A stretch of 64,000 nucleotides of DNA from Vicugna vicugna (lineage: Eukaryota). Under the pieces are notes generated by a model. The model was not told the DNA's origin. It ran no database searches and saw nothing but the letters and a program-made list of their open reading frames with translations. Shown in pieces: positions 25,068 to 36,878 of this stretch. Positions within the stretch are counted from its first letter, which is position 1; every line of letters begins with the position of its first letter. The stretch spans positions 1,606,545 through 1,670,544 of the forward strand of contig MU057416.1 in NCBI GenBank assembly GCA_013265495.1, in the 5' to 3' direction. Both the position numbers and the translations under genes were made by a program.

Positions 25068-27027
25068 AAATCTATTAAAAATACAGTTAAAGTATACAAG
25101 TAAGAAATTAGAAGTACTTTGGGTATGAGCTCTTGTCTCAACACAGAGAGCTCTCGCCCACTGCCCGCACGTGAGCCGTTCCCGGCGGCGGCTGCGAGCC
25201 GAGCGGAGCGGGCAGCCCTGCCGGGCCGCCTCCCCCGCGGCTCCCTGGGCTCCGTGAAGGCTTCCTGCAGGTTCAGAGGGCGTCTTCCTGGCCTACCCTC
25301 TGATCGCCGCCGTGAATTTTCTTCCTTGCCCTGAGTTTGCCCTTCCGAAACTGTCACTGAGGTTTAGCAGGTTGGGCGGAGGCTGATCTGGGGGCCTCCC
25401 TGTCTGATGCCTTGGGAAGCTTTTCCGCGTGGGGTTTCCTCTGTGCCTTCCTGGCTTGGCTTCACTGGAAGTTTAGGAAACAGTGCTGTAGGTTGTTACT
25501 CTCGTACTGTTAAGTCTTTAAGAACTCTGAAACTTGCCACCTAGGGGTGAGGTTATTCCCTAGCTGCTCCTTCCAGGCACCCGAGTGGACAGCCGTCCAC
25601 GTTTCTGATGCTGGAAACTGCGTTAAGAGCCCCTGAAAGACTCGTCCCTTTTCTGTCTCCCAGTTGGACGAGTGGCTCCCTTTCTCCATCTTCCCAGCAG
25701 CAGGGCCTTCTGCAGCGAGGTGGACGTCTCAGCTATTTTCCTTGAAGAGCCGTTGTGTAATCCTCTCATTTCTGTGAGTTTCCATGTGGGCCGTTCGTGG
25801 TTCTCCTGCTGGAAAACTTTGGAGGAAGGACTCAAGAATTTCTGCCCTTCTGAGAATAATGCAGTCAGCACTACAAATATATTACTCCTAAATAATGATC
25901 TTATGAGGGAAAAAAAACTAAGGAAGGGGGCGGCAAAGCAGAGGACATTTCCAGCAGCTGCTCCGTGCCCTGGCCTGCTGCTCCCTCTGGGAGTGAACGC
26001 CACGTCCTCAGCGTGGGTGCCGAGCCGCTGCTGGAGAAGGAGAAAGGGCACGTGTTCGAGTAACTTGACCTGCATCTCTGGGATTCCCCTCTGGTCACAG
26101 ACGTGGGAGAGCAGAGACTTTGGAAGGGACATGGGGAGGGGCAGTGCGAGCACCCGAGAAAGCACTGCGGACAGCGGGGGGGGGGGGACTGCGGGGGGAG
26201 GTGAGGCAGCAGCTTTGTGTCAGTGCTTCAGGGGTCGTTGCTTTTGCAGAGCTAACGAATGTGGCTTTTGTTAAACAGTAAGAATATGATATTGTTCCTT
26301 ACCTTTGAATTCCTGAGTTGGCTGGTCCTCTCAGTGCGCATCAGCCAGATGGTGCGGGTGGTGTGGTCTGAGAAGGGGCTGTGTCCTGCTGCCCCGGCTC
26401 CTCTCACGCAGCGGGGGTGGGGATGCCTCCCTGCCGCAAGGCGGGCCGGGGCAGGCTGGAGGCTTAGAAGAGGAAAAGGTAAACTTTGGCCGAATGTCAT
26501 TATAATTTGAGAAATAGACTGTCCAGTCCGCCCCGCACTGATTGGGATGGGGTGCAAGTCAACAGAAAGAAGCTGCAGGAAAGCTGCCCGTCTTGATGGG
26601 CCCAGAGGGCTCTGTTGATGTTGGTGTGAGTGCGGGGGCCACGCGCCGGGCTTCCAGGCTCTTACAGGGACCGGTTACGTGAGAGGTTTAGTTTGACCAA
26701 AATATTTCAGACTGGTGACTTTCTTTTAACTTCTTTAACTCTCAGTTTTTCTGCTTGTGAAGTAAAAACGGTGCTCTGTATTTTGTCTCCCCAGGACAAT
26801 GAGTTATACATGGAGGTAGGGTTTCCAGCTCTTTGGCTGAGACATAAAATACGTAGAGATCCATGTAGCCCCAGCCGTTCTTTGGTTTAAACACTGTGTC
26901 AGTGTTTCCCCAACTTCCTTTCTGCTAAAGATGGGGACTCAGGAGCGACCATGCAGCTCCGCCTGAGCCGCTCGCGCACGGCTGAGAGGCCAGGGCGCCG
27001 TAACCTGCCCCGTCTGTTCCTTTGCAG

Positions 27028-27110
27028 GGGGGAGGGCGCGGCCTTCACTCACGCGCCTCACCACGTGCCCACCAGACGCGCACGTGCCCAGGCTCCTGCT
27101 TCTGCCCCAG
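27028..27110 (+). CDS. CAMSAP2: CAMSAP2 coding exon (GEGAAFTHAPHHVPTRRARAQAPASAP)
   Basis: tttgcag acceptor and CAG|gtaatc donor; phase 2-1. Confidence 0.88.
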
Positions 27111-27376
27111 GTAATCCGTCTGGAAAAGCCTAGGACGAGGTCATTTAGGTGGTGGACTGGGAGGTGTAAATACACAGAAATACCCAGCCTTTGTTCTAAG
27201 AAGTGTGGATCTGTTTCCCTGTGCTTGCTTCTCTTATAAAACGACCTTTATTTCTCCATATGCACCCACTTGCCTTTAATGCTGTTAGTGAGTCCTCAAA
27301 TATGTGAAATCCGTTAAATTGTTGTAAGTTAATGTTTTTTACGTGATTTCAATGACTTTCTTTTATGCGTCTGAAG

Positions 27377-27446
27377 GAGGAATAAGAAGGTCTTCATCCA
27401 TGTCTTACGTTGATGGCTCCGTCGGGACCTGGCCCAAGGAGAAGAG
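27377..27446 (+). CDS. CAMSAP2: CAMSAP2 coding exon (GGIRRSSSMSYVDGSVGTWPKEKR)
   Basis: ctgaag acceptor (NAGNAG) and GAG|gtaacc donor; phase 1-2. Confidence 0.92.
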
Positions 27447-27713
27447 GTAACCCTGGGAGGTCTCGTGGGGGCCCCCCTTGTTGGCCACATCCAGTAGACT
27501 TTTAATTAGCACCCACATTTGAAGACAGGCAGGTGAGAGAGGCCACAGGGGCCAGGGTAGCGGGGGTCCTGGCAGCCCTCGCCTTGCCCTGAGGACTGTG
27601 ATTAGGGGGAGCGGAAAGAAGGCGGTGTGGCTTCAGAGAACTGTTGCTCAGCGGCATCAGACGTTCTTCTCTGAGCTTGTTTAGGGACTCTCTCTCTAAT
27701 TTTTTTTTTTTAG

Positions 27714-29889
27714 ATCATCAGTGCATGGAGTTTCATTTGACATTTCTTTTGATAAAGAAAATACTGCACAGAGATCCACTCTAAACCGAGGAATCACCCG
27801 TTCTATCAGTAACGAGGGACTTACCCTGAACAACAGTCGTGTGTCTAAGAACATTAGGAAAAACTTGTCCTTCAAGCCCGTCAACGGGGAGGAGGAAGCA
27901 GAAGGCATTGAGGAGGAGCTGAACGTGGGCTCTCACGGCGACCTGACGGCCTACCTGCCCCTGAACACAGACGAACTGAATTCTGATGAGAACCTGCATT
28001 ATAAGCTTCCAAATGGAGCTTTACAGAACCGAGTGCTTCTGGATGAGTTTGGCAATCAGATCGGGACCCCGAGCATTGAGGAGGCTCTGCAGATAATCCA
28101 CGACACCGAGAAGACGCCCCGCCCACCCCAGACGGACCACATCGCTAATGGCTTCTTCCTTCACAGCCAGGACGCCAGCGTCCTGCGCTCCAGCAGCCCG
28201 CTGGGCCGGCCCAGCCCCGAGAGCACGACCGATGGGAAGGGCGCCTTGAGCCCCGTTACTGACAACACCGAGGTGGACACTGGGATCCACGTCCCTTCCG
28301 AAGACATCCCCGAGACGATGGATGAGGACTCCTCCCTGAGAGACTACACTGTCAGTCTGGACTCCGACATGGACGACGCTTCTAAATTCCTTCCGGATTA
28401 TGACGTGCGAGGCGGCCAGCCCAGAGATGCGCTGAGCCCCTGCCCCAGCACCGTGAGCACCAGGTCGCAGCCCGGCAGCAGCGCTTCTTCCAGCTCCGGC
28501 GTGAAGATGACCAGCTTTGCCGAGCAGAAGTTCCGGAAGCTGCACCATGCCGACGGGAAGAGCAGCGGAGGCAGCTCCCAGAAGACGACGCCCGAGGGCT
28601 CGGAGCTCAACATCCCTCACGTGGTGGCCTGGGCTCAGATCCCGGAGGAAGCGGGCCTGGCGCAGGGGCGGGACACCACGCAGCTGCTGGCCTCCGAGAT
28701 GCTGCATCTCAGGATGAAACTGGAAGAAAAGAGGCGCGCTATCGAGGCCCAGAAGAAGAAGATGGAGGCCGCTTTCACGAAACAAAGGCAGAAGATGGGT
28801 CGGACGGCGTTCCTCACGGTAGTGAAGAAGAAAGGGGACGGGGCCTCCCCTCTTCGCGAGGAGGCGGCCGGTGCTGAGGACGAGAAGGTGTTCACCGACC
28901 GGGCCAAGGAGAAGGGGCCACCACGAGCCCACGGGCAGAGGAGCAAGTCTCTGGCGGACATAAAGGAGGGAGCGGAGAACCCTCAGGGCGGGTGGCTGAA
29001 GTCACCTGCCGCCCCCGTGGACCCTGAGAAGCAGTGGGGCCTGGCCAGCCCCTCGGAAGACACTCTGAACGAAGGGGAGCTCCTGGAGTACACCAGGTCC
29101 ATCGAGAGGCTGAACTCCTCCCTGCACTTCCTGCAGCAGGAGATGCAGCGCCTGTCCCTGCAGCAGGAGCTGCTGATGCAGATGCGGGAGCAGCAGGCCT
29201 GGGTGATCTCGCCGCCCCAGCCCTCCCCGCAGAAGCAGCCGCGGGACTGCAGAGCCCCCCGGCAGGCCGGCGCCCCATTCTCCACGGACTCCCCGCGTCC
29301 TGGTCACCCGTCTCCCCAGTCTAATACCAGGAAGAGTGCATCTTTCTCTGCTAAGAGTCAGAGGACTCCCAGGCCAAATGAGTTAAAAATCACCCCGTTG
29401 AACCGGACGTTGACGGCCCCGCGCTCCGTGGACAGTCTTCCCCGCTTGAGGAGGTTCTCGCCCAGTCAGGTCCCCATTCAGACCAGGTCGTTTGTGTGTC
29501 TGGGGGACGATGGAGAGCCTCAGGCACAGGAGCCCAGGCGGAAGGAGGAGGGTAGAAAGGAGGAGCCGGGGTCCGCAGGGTGTGGACACAGCGCGGAGGG
29601 AGGGGAGAGCCAGCCTCTGCCCTTGGCCGCCCCTGAGGGCCCGATGCAGCCTGTCCCCGAGCCCGCGGGCCCCTCCCCTGATGGGGACCCACCAACGCAC
29701 CCTGCAGAGCCGCCTTCGAAGCCAGTGTTCCCACCTGCTGCTCCCAGAAATGTCAGTCTGATTGAAGTCTCCCTCTCAGATCTGAAACCGCCTGAAAAGG
29801 CTGATGTGTCTGTTGAAAAGTACGATGGAGAAAGTGATAAAGAGCAATTTGATGACGACCAGAAAGTGTGCTGCGGATTCTTCTTCAAG
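27714..29889 (+). CDS. CAMSAP2: CAMSAP2 large central exon (coiled coils CC1/CC2, proline-rich and microtubule-binding regions), 2176 nt
   Basis: poly-T plus tag acceptor and AAG|gtaaaa donor; 726-aa ORF with LEEKRRAIEAQKKKME and SIERLNSSLHFLQQEMQRL motifs. Confidence 0.98.
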
Positions 29890-30078
29890 GTAAAACGGTA
29901 GAATCTGCGCGGTTCCAGGCGTCTTCACTGGTGGGCTTTTTGAGGTGGCGCGCTGGCTTCGTTCAGCGCGTCCCTTCTGTTCCAGGCCTGCCTTTGCTCC
30001 CCAGGCACGTTTTAGTGACACTGTACCCCCCCCGCCCATCGTCACGTCAGGTGCGTGTCTGGCCTCCACGCCCTCTCC

Positions 30079-30082
<4 letters not shown>

Positions 30083-30109
<27 letters not shown>
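30083..30109. repeat. (CT)n microsatellite
   Basis: perfect ctct run. Confidence 0.9.
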
Positions 30110-30113
<4 letters not shown>

Positions 30114-31894
30114 GCTTTCACAAAAGTCTTTTAAAAACTAAGTGATTCAGATGTCTTCAAAAAGTTGTTGCCAGTTTGCAAAAAGCTCCTAACTTGGCAC
30201 TGCGTGTAAGTCTGTCTGAGTTTGTTTTCTTAGTCTTGGCCATCCTCCCTCTTATGTTTTGTTTGAAGTCTTTTAAAAATTGACCAGGTGAAGCTGGCAA
30301 GGCGAAACATTGTAAAATACGTAGTTTTGCGGTTGTCATGGAGCTGGCCCCTCAACAGCCCTGGGGTGCAGTGCGTGACCCCCGTCTCAGCCTTGGCTGG
30401 GCAGGGCACGTGTTTAAACAGTGCCGCAGCCCCTGACACAGGTGCTGGGCAGTGTCCCCTCTCGGTCGTAAGTCCTGAAATTTATCTTAGATGCTAGAAT
30501 AAGGAAAGCCCGATAAAGTTTAAAAACTTTTCTCCTAATTATCACCCATTTTTTTCATCTTCATATTTTTCAGTGTCTTCCAAATTACCGGTAGGGTAGA
30601 AGATGGTTTTTTATAATCAGAAGCGTGTGTGTGTGCTGCTCATGTTGCTTTTGTAAATTAAGGGGCTGGAGTAGATCATTTGTGACCCTGAGCAGCTCCA
30701 CAGGTTGGAATCAGGTAGAAAGGACAGCATTCGACGGCACAGAACCCAGCATCCCAGACTTTAAATGCAGCGGACGCAGCCCCACTGTAGTCAGAACCAA
30801 GATGCTGCAGTGATCACAGTCGCTGGTTTCCCTTTGGGTCGTGACTCAGAGAGATGGCTCCTTAGGCCCTTCTGAACGTTGAGGCGTTTGAATGTGAGTC
30901 GTGTGTTGTCTCTCAACTAGGCAGGACTGCTGTTTTTCATAGAACGCTGCTTTTGTGTCCGGAACGTACTCAGGCGGTGCTGGTGACCCGGGGCTCTCGG
31001 CTGCCTGTGAGCTGCTTACGTTAGGTGCCTCTTAGCCTGTGAGCTGCTAGCGGTGCTGCGTCTTTTTAGCCCCAGAGCAAAGGCCTGGAAGACTGCAAAG
31101 ATACAGATGTGTGTGTGTTTGGACTGACTGCTCTCCTCTGACCTCCATCCAGAGCGCATCTCTCTCGGGGTTTCTGTGCAAAGCACCTTGTTTGGTCCCC
31201 TTCCCCTCCCGCTAAGCTGCCCTGCGGAGCTCCCTGGAGCGCCTGACGCTGTGCTGTGAAACAAGGAGTCGCTACGGCAGTGAGCCTCTTCTCCAGCTTG
31301 TCACTTTCCTGACTGCGGGAGTAGGAAAGCCGTCTGAGAACCCTGTCCTCGAGGGCCGGGTGGAAGCTGGGGCAGGCCCGGGAGGCCTGCGGACCGTGGG
31401 CTGGCTCTGGGTGGGTGCGAGGTGTCACACGCCCGCCTTCTGTCTGAAGGAGAGACCTTCAGTGCGATTCGTTTCGCTTCATGTGACACGAGTCTGGGCA
31501 GCTGACTTTTCTGGTGCTTTTACTTGCGTTTTCTGTATTGAGCATGTATTTAAAATACAACTTAAATGCAGGTTTTAAAACTGAGGAAACTCCCCACTCC
31601 AAGTTATTTATTAAGGTCCAAAAACCTTTGTTCTTTTTCTTTCCTTTTTTATGTTGCTCTTTGCTAATTTCCTGGGTTTTAAAAACATGTAACTGAGTAA
31701 GTTTGGTAAACGTGTCACCGTTAGAATTCTTTTTTCCTTTGTAATTTCTGGGTCGTGTCCTTCTGTGGTGAGGTTGGAGTGAACATACTCAGATTTTCAG
31801 TTAGAAGAGTAACTACCAAACGTGACTACAGCCGTTGAAAATGAGAATATTGGCACCTAAAACATCTCATCTTTCTCATGAAATTCGTTCTTAG

Positions 31895-32031
31895 GATGAT
31901 CAAAAAGCAGAAAATGATATGGCGATGAAGCGGGCAGCTTTGCTGGAGAAACGGTTGAGGAGGGAAAAGGAGACGCAGCTGCGGAAGCAGCAGCTGGAAG
32001 CGGAGCTGGAGCACAAGAAGGAGGAGACCCG
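31895..32031 (+). CDS. CAMSAP2: CAMSAP2 coding exon, CC3 start (DDQKAENDMAMKRAALLEK...EETR)
   Basis: ttcttag acceptor; donor CCG|gtgggg (weak); phase fits the next exon. Confidence 0.93.
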
Positions 32032-32034
32032 GTG

Positions 32035-32430
32035 GGGCGGGCGGGGCCCAGGCGGGAGACGGGGGCCCAGGGAGGGCGGGGCCCAGGCGGGAGACGGGGG
32101 CCCAGAGCAGGAGACGGGGGCCCAGACGGGAGATGGGGGCCCAGAGCAGGCGGGGCCCAGGCGGGAGACGGGGGCCCAGAGCAGGAGACGGGGGCCCAGA
32201 TGGGAGATGGGGGCTCAGAGCAGGCGGGGCCCAGGCGGGAGATGGGGGCCCAGAGCAGGAGACGGGGGCCCAGACGGGAGATGGGGGCCCAGAGCAGGCG
32301 GGGCCCAGGCGGGAGACGGGGCCCAGGCGGGAGACGGGGCCCAGACGGGAGACGGGGGCCCAGAGCAGGAGACGGGGGCCCAGACGGGAGACGGGGGCCC
32401 AGAGCAGGAGACGGGGGCCTAGAGCAGATG
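32035..32430 (+). repeat. G-rich minisatellite, about 21 units of 16-20 bp with GGGGCCCAG core and a 74-bp higher-order period
   Basis: cccagagcaggagac recurs at 32101, 32175 and 32249. Confidence 0.95.
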
Positions 32431-32846
32431 GGGCACAGATGTGGGGACTAGGGCCCGGCAGGGTGGGTTCCCGTCGAGTCCTCATCAGCAGGTTTCTCAG
32501 AGTTTGCGCGTGTGGGGACCTCTGGACTGATGCCGACTTGGAGTGCCTTGTAAAGTTATTTTCCCATAGTGTTGCTTGATTGCATATTTTTATCCCAAGT
32601 TGGAGGCATCTTAAAGTTCTCCAGAAACAGTAATTTTAAGTAACTTCCCTGGGTTTTACACACACACACACGTTTTTTGTAGTTATTTTATTTACTAATG
32701 GTACATTCAAATGACCTACGTCACCCCCAGGACATTTTAAAGGAACCGTTTCCCAGGCACTGAAGTGAGAGTCCCCCCACCATGTAAGCACTCCCTGCAG
32801 GGCCTGTCTGGCCGGGTGCGCTGAGACCCCTGCTTTCGGTCTGCAG

Positions 32847-33067
32847 GCGGAGGACGGAGGAGGAGCGGCAGAGGAAGGAGGACGAGCGGGCGCGCAGGGA
32901 GTTCATCCGGCAGGAGCATCTGCGGCGCAAGCAGCTGAAGCTGATGGAGGACATGGACACGGTCCTCAAAGCCCGGCCGCAGCCGGCCCGGCCCAAGAAG
33001 CAGCGGCCAAAGTCCATTCACAGGGACCACGTCGAGTCCCCCAGGACGCCCGTGAAGGGTCCCCCAG
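32847..33067 (+). CDS. CAMSAP2: CAMSAP2 coding exon, CC3 (RRTEEERQRKEDERARREFIRQE...KGPP)
   Basis: ctgcag acceptor and CAG|gtaacg donor. Confidence 0.95.
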
Positions 33068-33804
33068 GTAACGTGCTCGTGGTGAAGAGTCTGTTGAGGA
33101 AGCAGCCTGTGTCACGCCGGCTGCCGGAGCCCTGCTGGACCAGGATGAGCGCGGGAGGCTCTCTGGCTCAGACACGGCCTGTGCGCCCGGCAGAGCAGGC
33201 GTGGCCTCAGGGATCCGGTCTGCGGAGGACCCGCTGGCGCGGGGCGCTGTGCCCCACCCAGAGTCTCTGGAGTGCTGAGCCCTCCTGCTCCGTGATGGCA
33301 GGGTAGGCGCTGCGTCGCCAGGTGGACAGGAAGCCACGTGAGGAGTCCGGGGCCCAAGAGGGCAGGAGTCCCTCCTTTAGGGTGGAGATGGTCAAAAAGC
33401 TAAGTTCGTCATTTCTAGAGTAGACAGAGTATCTTTTTTTTTAATTGAACATCCATACTCATTTCTTTTTTTGTACTCATTTTATTAAAACTAAATGCCA
33501 TGGAAAATTTTAGAGAATTCTTAGTTATTCTAAGACTAAAGGAAAATAACCTAACATTGCCTGCTTGAAGAGAACTCTCCCTTTTCTAGTCAGTTACATT
33601 TTTTGATACACAATATTGGCTGAAATTAAATTAATATTCTAGTATTAGGTATTCCTAAATATGTTATTCTTTTTGTTAGTTTCTTTTCTTAATTTTCTTT
33701 TTGTTAACTTTTTTTTAAAATAATCACGGTGTCTTAGCTCACTTTGTTTCTGGAATACATCCTAACAGCACTTAGTTTTATCATTACTTCCTCTTCTTCC
33801 TGCC

Positions 33805-34260
33805 AGTTTAATTGAGATGTAATCGACACACAGCACTGTATGAGTTTAAGGTGCACAGCAGCTCGGCCGAGTGAGCTGAGGTGCCTACGTCATGAGATGA
33901 TGCCCGCAGTGAGCTTACTGACACCCACCACCTCATACACGAAATAGAAGAAGAAAACGTCTCCTCGTGATGAGAACGTTTAGGGTTCACTCTCTTGAAG
34001 CTCTCAGGCGGTGTGGCCCGCAGCGGGGTCAGCTGCAGTCAGCAGTGCACCTGACACCCCAGCACTGTTTGTCTGACACCTGGACGTCTGCGCCTTCGAC
34101 CACCTTCATCCATTCCCTCTCCCCCCCACCCCCCCGGTGACCACGAATCCATCTCTTTTTCTGTGTCTGTGTTTTGAAATATGACTGACCTACAGCAGTG
34201 TCAGTTCCCGTACACAGCCTAGTGACTCGGGTTTCTGTGCGTTTCAGACCGGTTGTCACG
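33805..34260 (-). mobile_element. LINE-1 3' UTR fragment
   Basis: tttaattgagatgtaatcgacacacagcactgtatgagtttaaggtgcacagc L1 terminus; similar to the copy at 18.6 kb. Confidence 0.7.
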
Positions 34261-34612
34261 ACCGGTCTGCTTCGGCTTGCCGTCCCATGCGGAGGCGGCG
34301 CAGTTACTGACGACACCCCAGCTGCGTCACGTCCCGCCGCCCCCTCGTTCTCTCACTGGAAGGTGCACCCTTTTCTGTCCCTCACCCACTTCATTATCTC
34401 TCAGAAGTAGGTTCCTTGCTAACTTCAAACAGCTGACACGTGTGTGCAGCAAGCATGTTGTGCGCACAGGTCGAACCGGAGAGGAAAGGGGGTAGAACTG
34501 CGTGCGCGGGAGTTCCGCATGCTGGTGCCGAGGAGCAGGCCCTTCTAGTTGCTCCGTTTAAACTTGTCATTTTGTTTTTATTCAGGATCATGAATTTACC
34601 ATGTCTTTTCAG

Positions 34613-34685
34613 TCTCTAGCCTTTCTCTGGCGTCACTGAACACGGCGGATAACGAGAGCGTGCTCTCAGGCAAGAGGACCCCAAG
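34613..34685 (+). CDS. CAMSAP2: CAMSAP2 coding exon (VSSLSLASLNTADNESVLSGKRTPR)
   Basis: cttttcag acceptor and AAG|gtaagt donor; translated by hand. Confidence 0.93.
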
Positions 34686-35374
34686 GTAAGTCACAGTGCG
34701 CGCTCTTGAGGAAACATCATTTTATGTCTTACAGCAAATGAATCATGACCACAAATTTTCATAAGTTGTTCTGACTAGGACCGTTTGGGTTTCTGTTAAA
34801 AGAATTTGTACATAAAGAGGCCTATTCATCTTCCAGTGTTTTTTGGAATTTTAGAACTGTGACCTTGATGAGATGCTAACTGTAGCTGTGCCTCAGCCAT
34901 TGCTGACAGGGTTGTGACAGACATCACGGTCTGCAGGAATGGGAGGTCCCTCGTCTGTGTAGTGCCAGCCTCTCTGGTTTATTTCCCTCCCTGGAGCACC
35001 TCCAGCAGGCTGCCTGCCCCTCAGGCGAGGCCTCTTGTGCGTGCTCTCTTTATTAGGACAGACGCTAGAAATAAGACCAGCATTTCACGGTCTTACACTG
35101 TAACCCCCGTGAGAAAAAGTGACAGTCGTCAGCTCTGAGCGCTCATCTCTGTGTCTGTCCTGTTGCATTAATTGCCGGTTTTCACGTGGAAGCACGTTCA
35201 TTGTCGTTCAGCAGATGTTGTGGGGCGCCTGCGGATTCTGGGCACGTGGACATGCCTCCCTCGTCTTATTTTTAAGATTCTAGGTCGATTTTGGTTGGCA
35301 CTCACATATACCCTTCTGACCCCGAATGTTTTTCCTCCATTTAAGACATAAAAAATACTTTGTCTGTGCCTTAG

Positions 35375-35490
35375 ATCGGAGTCTGTGGAAGGCTTTCTGT
35401 CCCCCGGCCGCTGCGGCAGTCGGAACGGGGAGAAGGACTGGGAGAACGCGTCCACCACGTCGTCCGTGGCCTCTGGGGCGGAGTACACAG
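35375..35490 (+). CDS. CAMSAP2: CAMSAP2 coding exon (SESVEGFLSPGRCGSRNGEKDWENASTTSSVASGAEYT)
   Basis: ccttag acceptor and CAG|gtcagt donor; conserved DWENAS motif. Confidence 0.95.
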
Positions 35491-36759
35491 GTCAGTGTCC
35501 GCACGGTTTTAGGGGAGCAGAGCGACATGGGGCTGAGGACAGGCACCGGCTGTGCTGGGGACGCCTCACTGCCCAGTGATGGTGACGCCGGTGGTTGCTT
35601 CCAGGTGGGTCAGTGTCAGTGACACGGCGCCACTCAGAGGTGGCACTGGTCCCGTGTAGATTGAGGTGGTTTCCAAAGCACAGCAGCCCCGCGTCCACCT
35701 CACCCCTCTACTTCCCACGGGGAATGCTGGCCGCCTCTGTCGTGGTTTGGGTCTGACGCAGTTGTAGAGAGGCTCCTGGGGACCACGAGGGCTGGCTCCA
35801 CGTCCCCTGTCCCTGGGGTCTCTGGTGCCTGGGCTCATGCGTTTGCAGCAAGTGTGGAGAGGCTGCAACGACTGAGGACAGAGTTGGATCCCTGAGGGCT
35901 GGCGGCCTCTGTGGGGTCGGCGGCGTCCAGGCAGAGCAGGCAGCAGGGTGTAGGTCAGGATGCGTCCAGAGGAGCGGCCGGGGTGGGGGCAGGCCCGCCG
36001 GTGCCCGGAGCCCGTGCCCTCCAAGGGCTCCGCTTCACTCCGCGCCTTCCCCTGCCCTGTCTGTGGCTTCTCATGCAGCCTCCCCCGCCCGTCTGACCGC
36101 CTTCAAGGCCAGTTGACAGTCACGGTTGCTGCCGTGAGCCTGGAACTGCGGGCTTCGGTGTTCACTGACCAGCTTACACCAGCTCTTGGACCAGCTGTTA
36201 AATTTTTCAGGAATTATGCAGACTCTAGAACCATCATAGCTTGGGCTCTGCCACGGTAGGGGTAATTTTCGCCACAGAACAGTAAATACACAAATCAGGG
36301 CTGATTTCCTTCCTTCACAGAGCACAGTTTCCAGGATGCACTTCGGTTAATGTGAGGCAGGAGGGAGCCTGTGCGATGTCCTGGGCACCTGCTTCTGTGC
36401 TTTGTGGATTGAGTATCATTGGGGAAAGAAAGGCTTACAAAACTGAGGTGTGGAGGAAGAAAAAGGGAGTTTTCTCTTGCCTTTTAAAAGCTTAAAGTCC
36501 TCAAGGTCCTCTTTTGCTCACCAGTAACCTCACAGACTTGAGAAAGCTGGTGAAACAGACCGTGTGCCCCGGCCCCAGGGCAGCCCCTGTGGGTAACGGT
36601 GCTCAGACTGGAGTACAGCCAGCCAGGGGCCGTCAGACACGGACTTCAGTTTCTGTTACTGTGTTTCATCCGTGCAGGAACAGTGACCTCATCGAAGCGT
36701 AGTGGTGTTTCTGACCTAAGAATGTTATCTTTATTATTGTTACTAAATTCTTACCACAG

Positions 36760-36878
36760 GACCAAAGCTCTACAAAGAACCCAGTGCAAAATCCAATAAG
36801 CACATAATACAGAACGCGTTAGCTCACTGCTGTTTGGCTGGAAAAGTAAATGAAGGTCAGAAGAAAAAAATACTGGAG
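36760..36878 (+). CDS. CAMSAP2: CAMSAP2 coding exon, CKK domain start (GPKLYKEPSAKSNKHIIQNALAHCCLAGKVNE...LE)
   Basis: ccacag acceptor and GAG|gtaagc donor; CKK signature. Confidence 0.96.

Noticed and set aside
28021..28932. 303-aa antisense ORF within the large CAMSAP2 exon
   Set aside because: Shadow ORF caused by the GC-rich codon usage of the sense exon.
31826..32579. Repetitive ORFs on both strands, and a possible CRISPR-like array
   Set aside because: Produced by the minisatellite; there are no unique spacers and the context is a mammalian intron.
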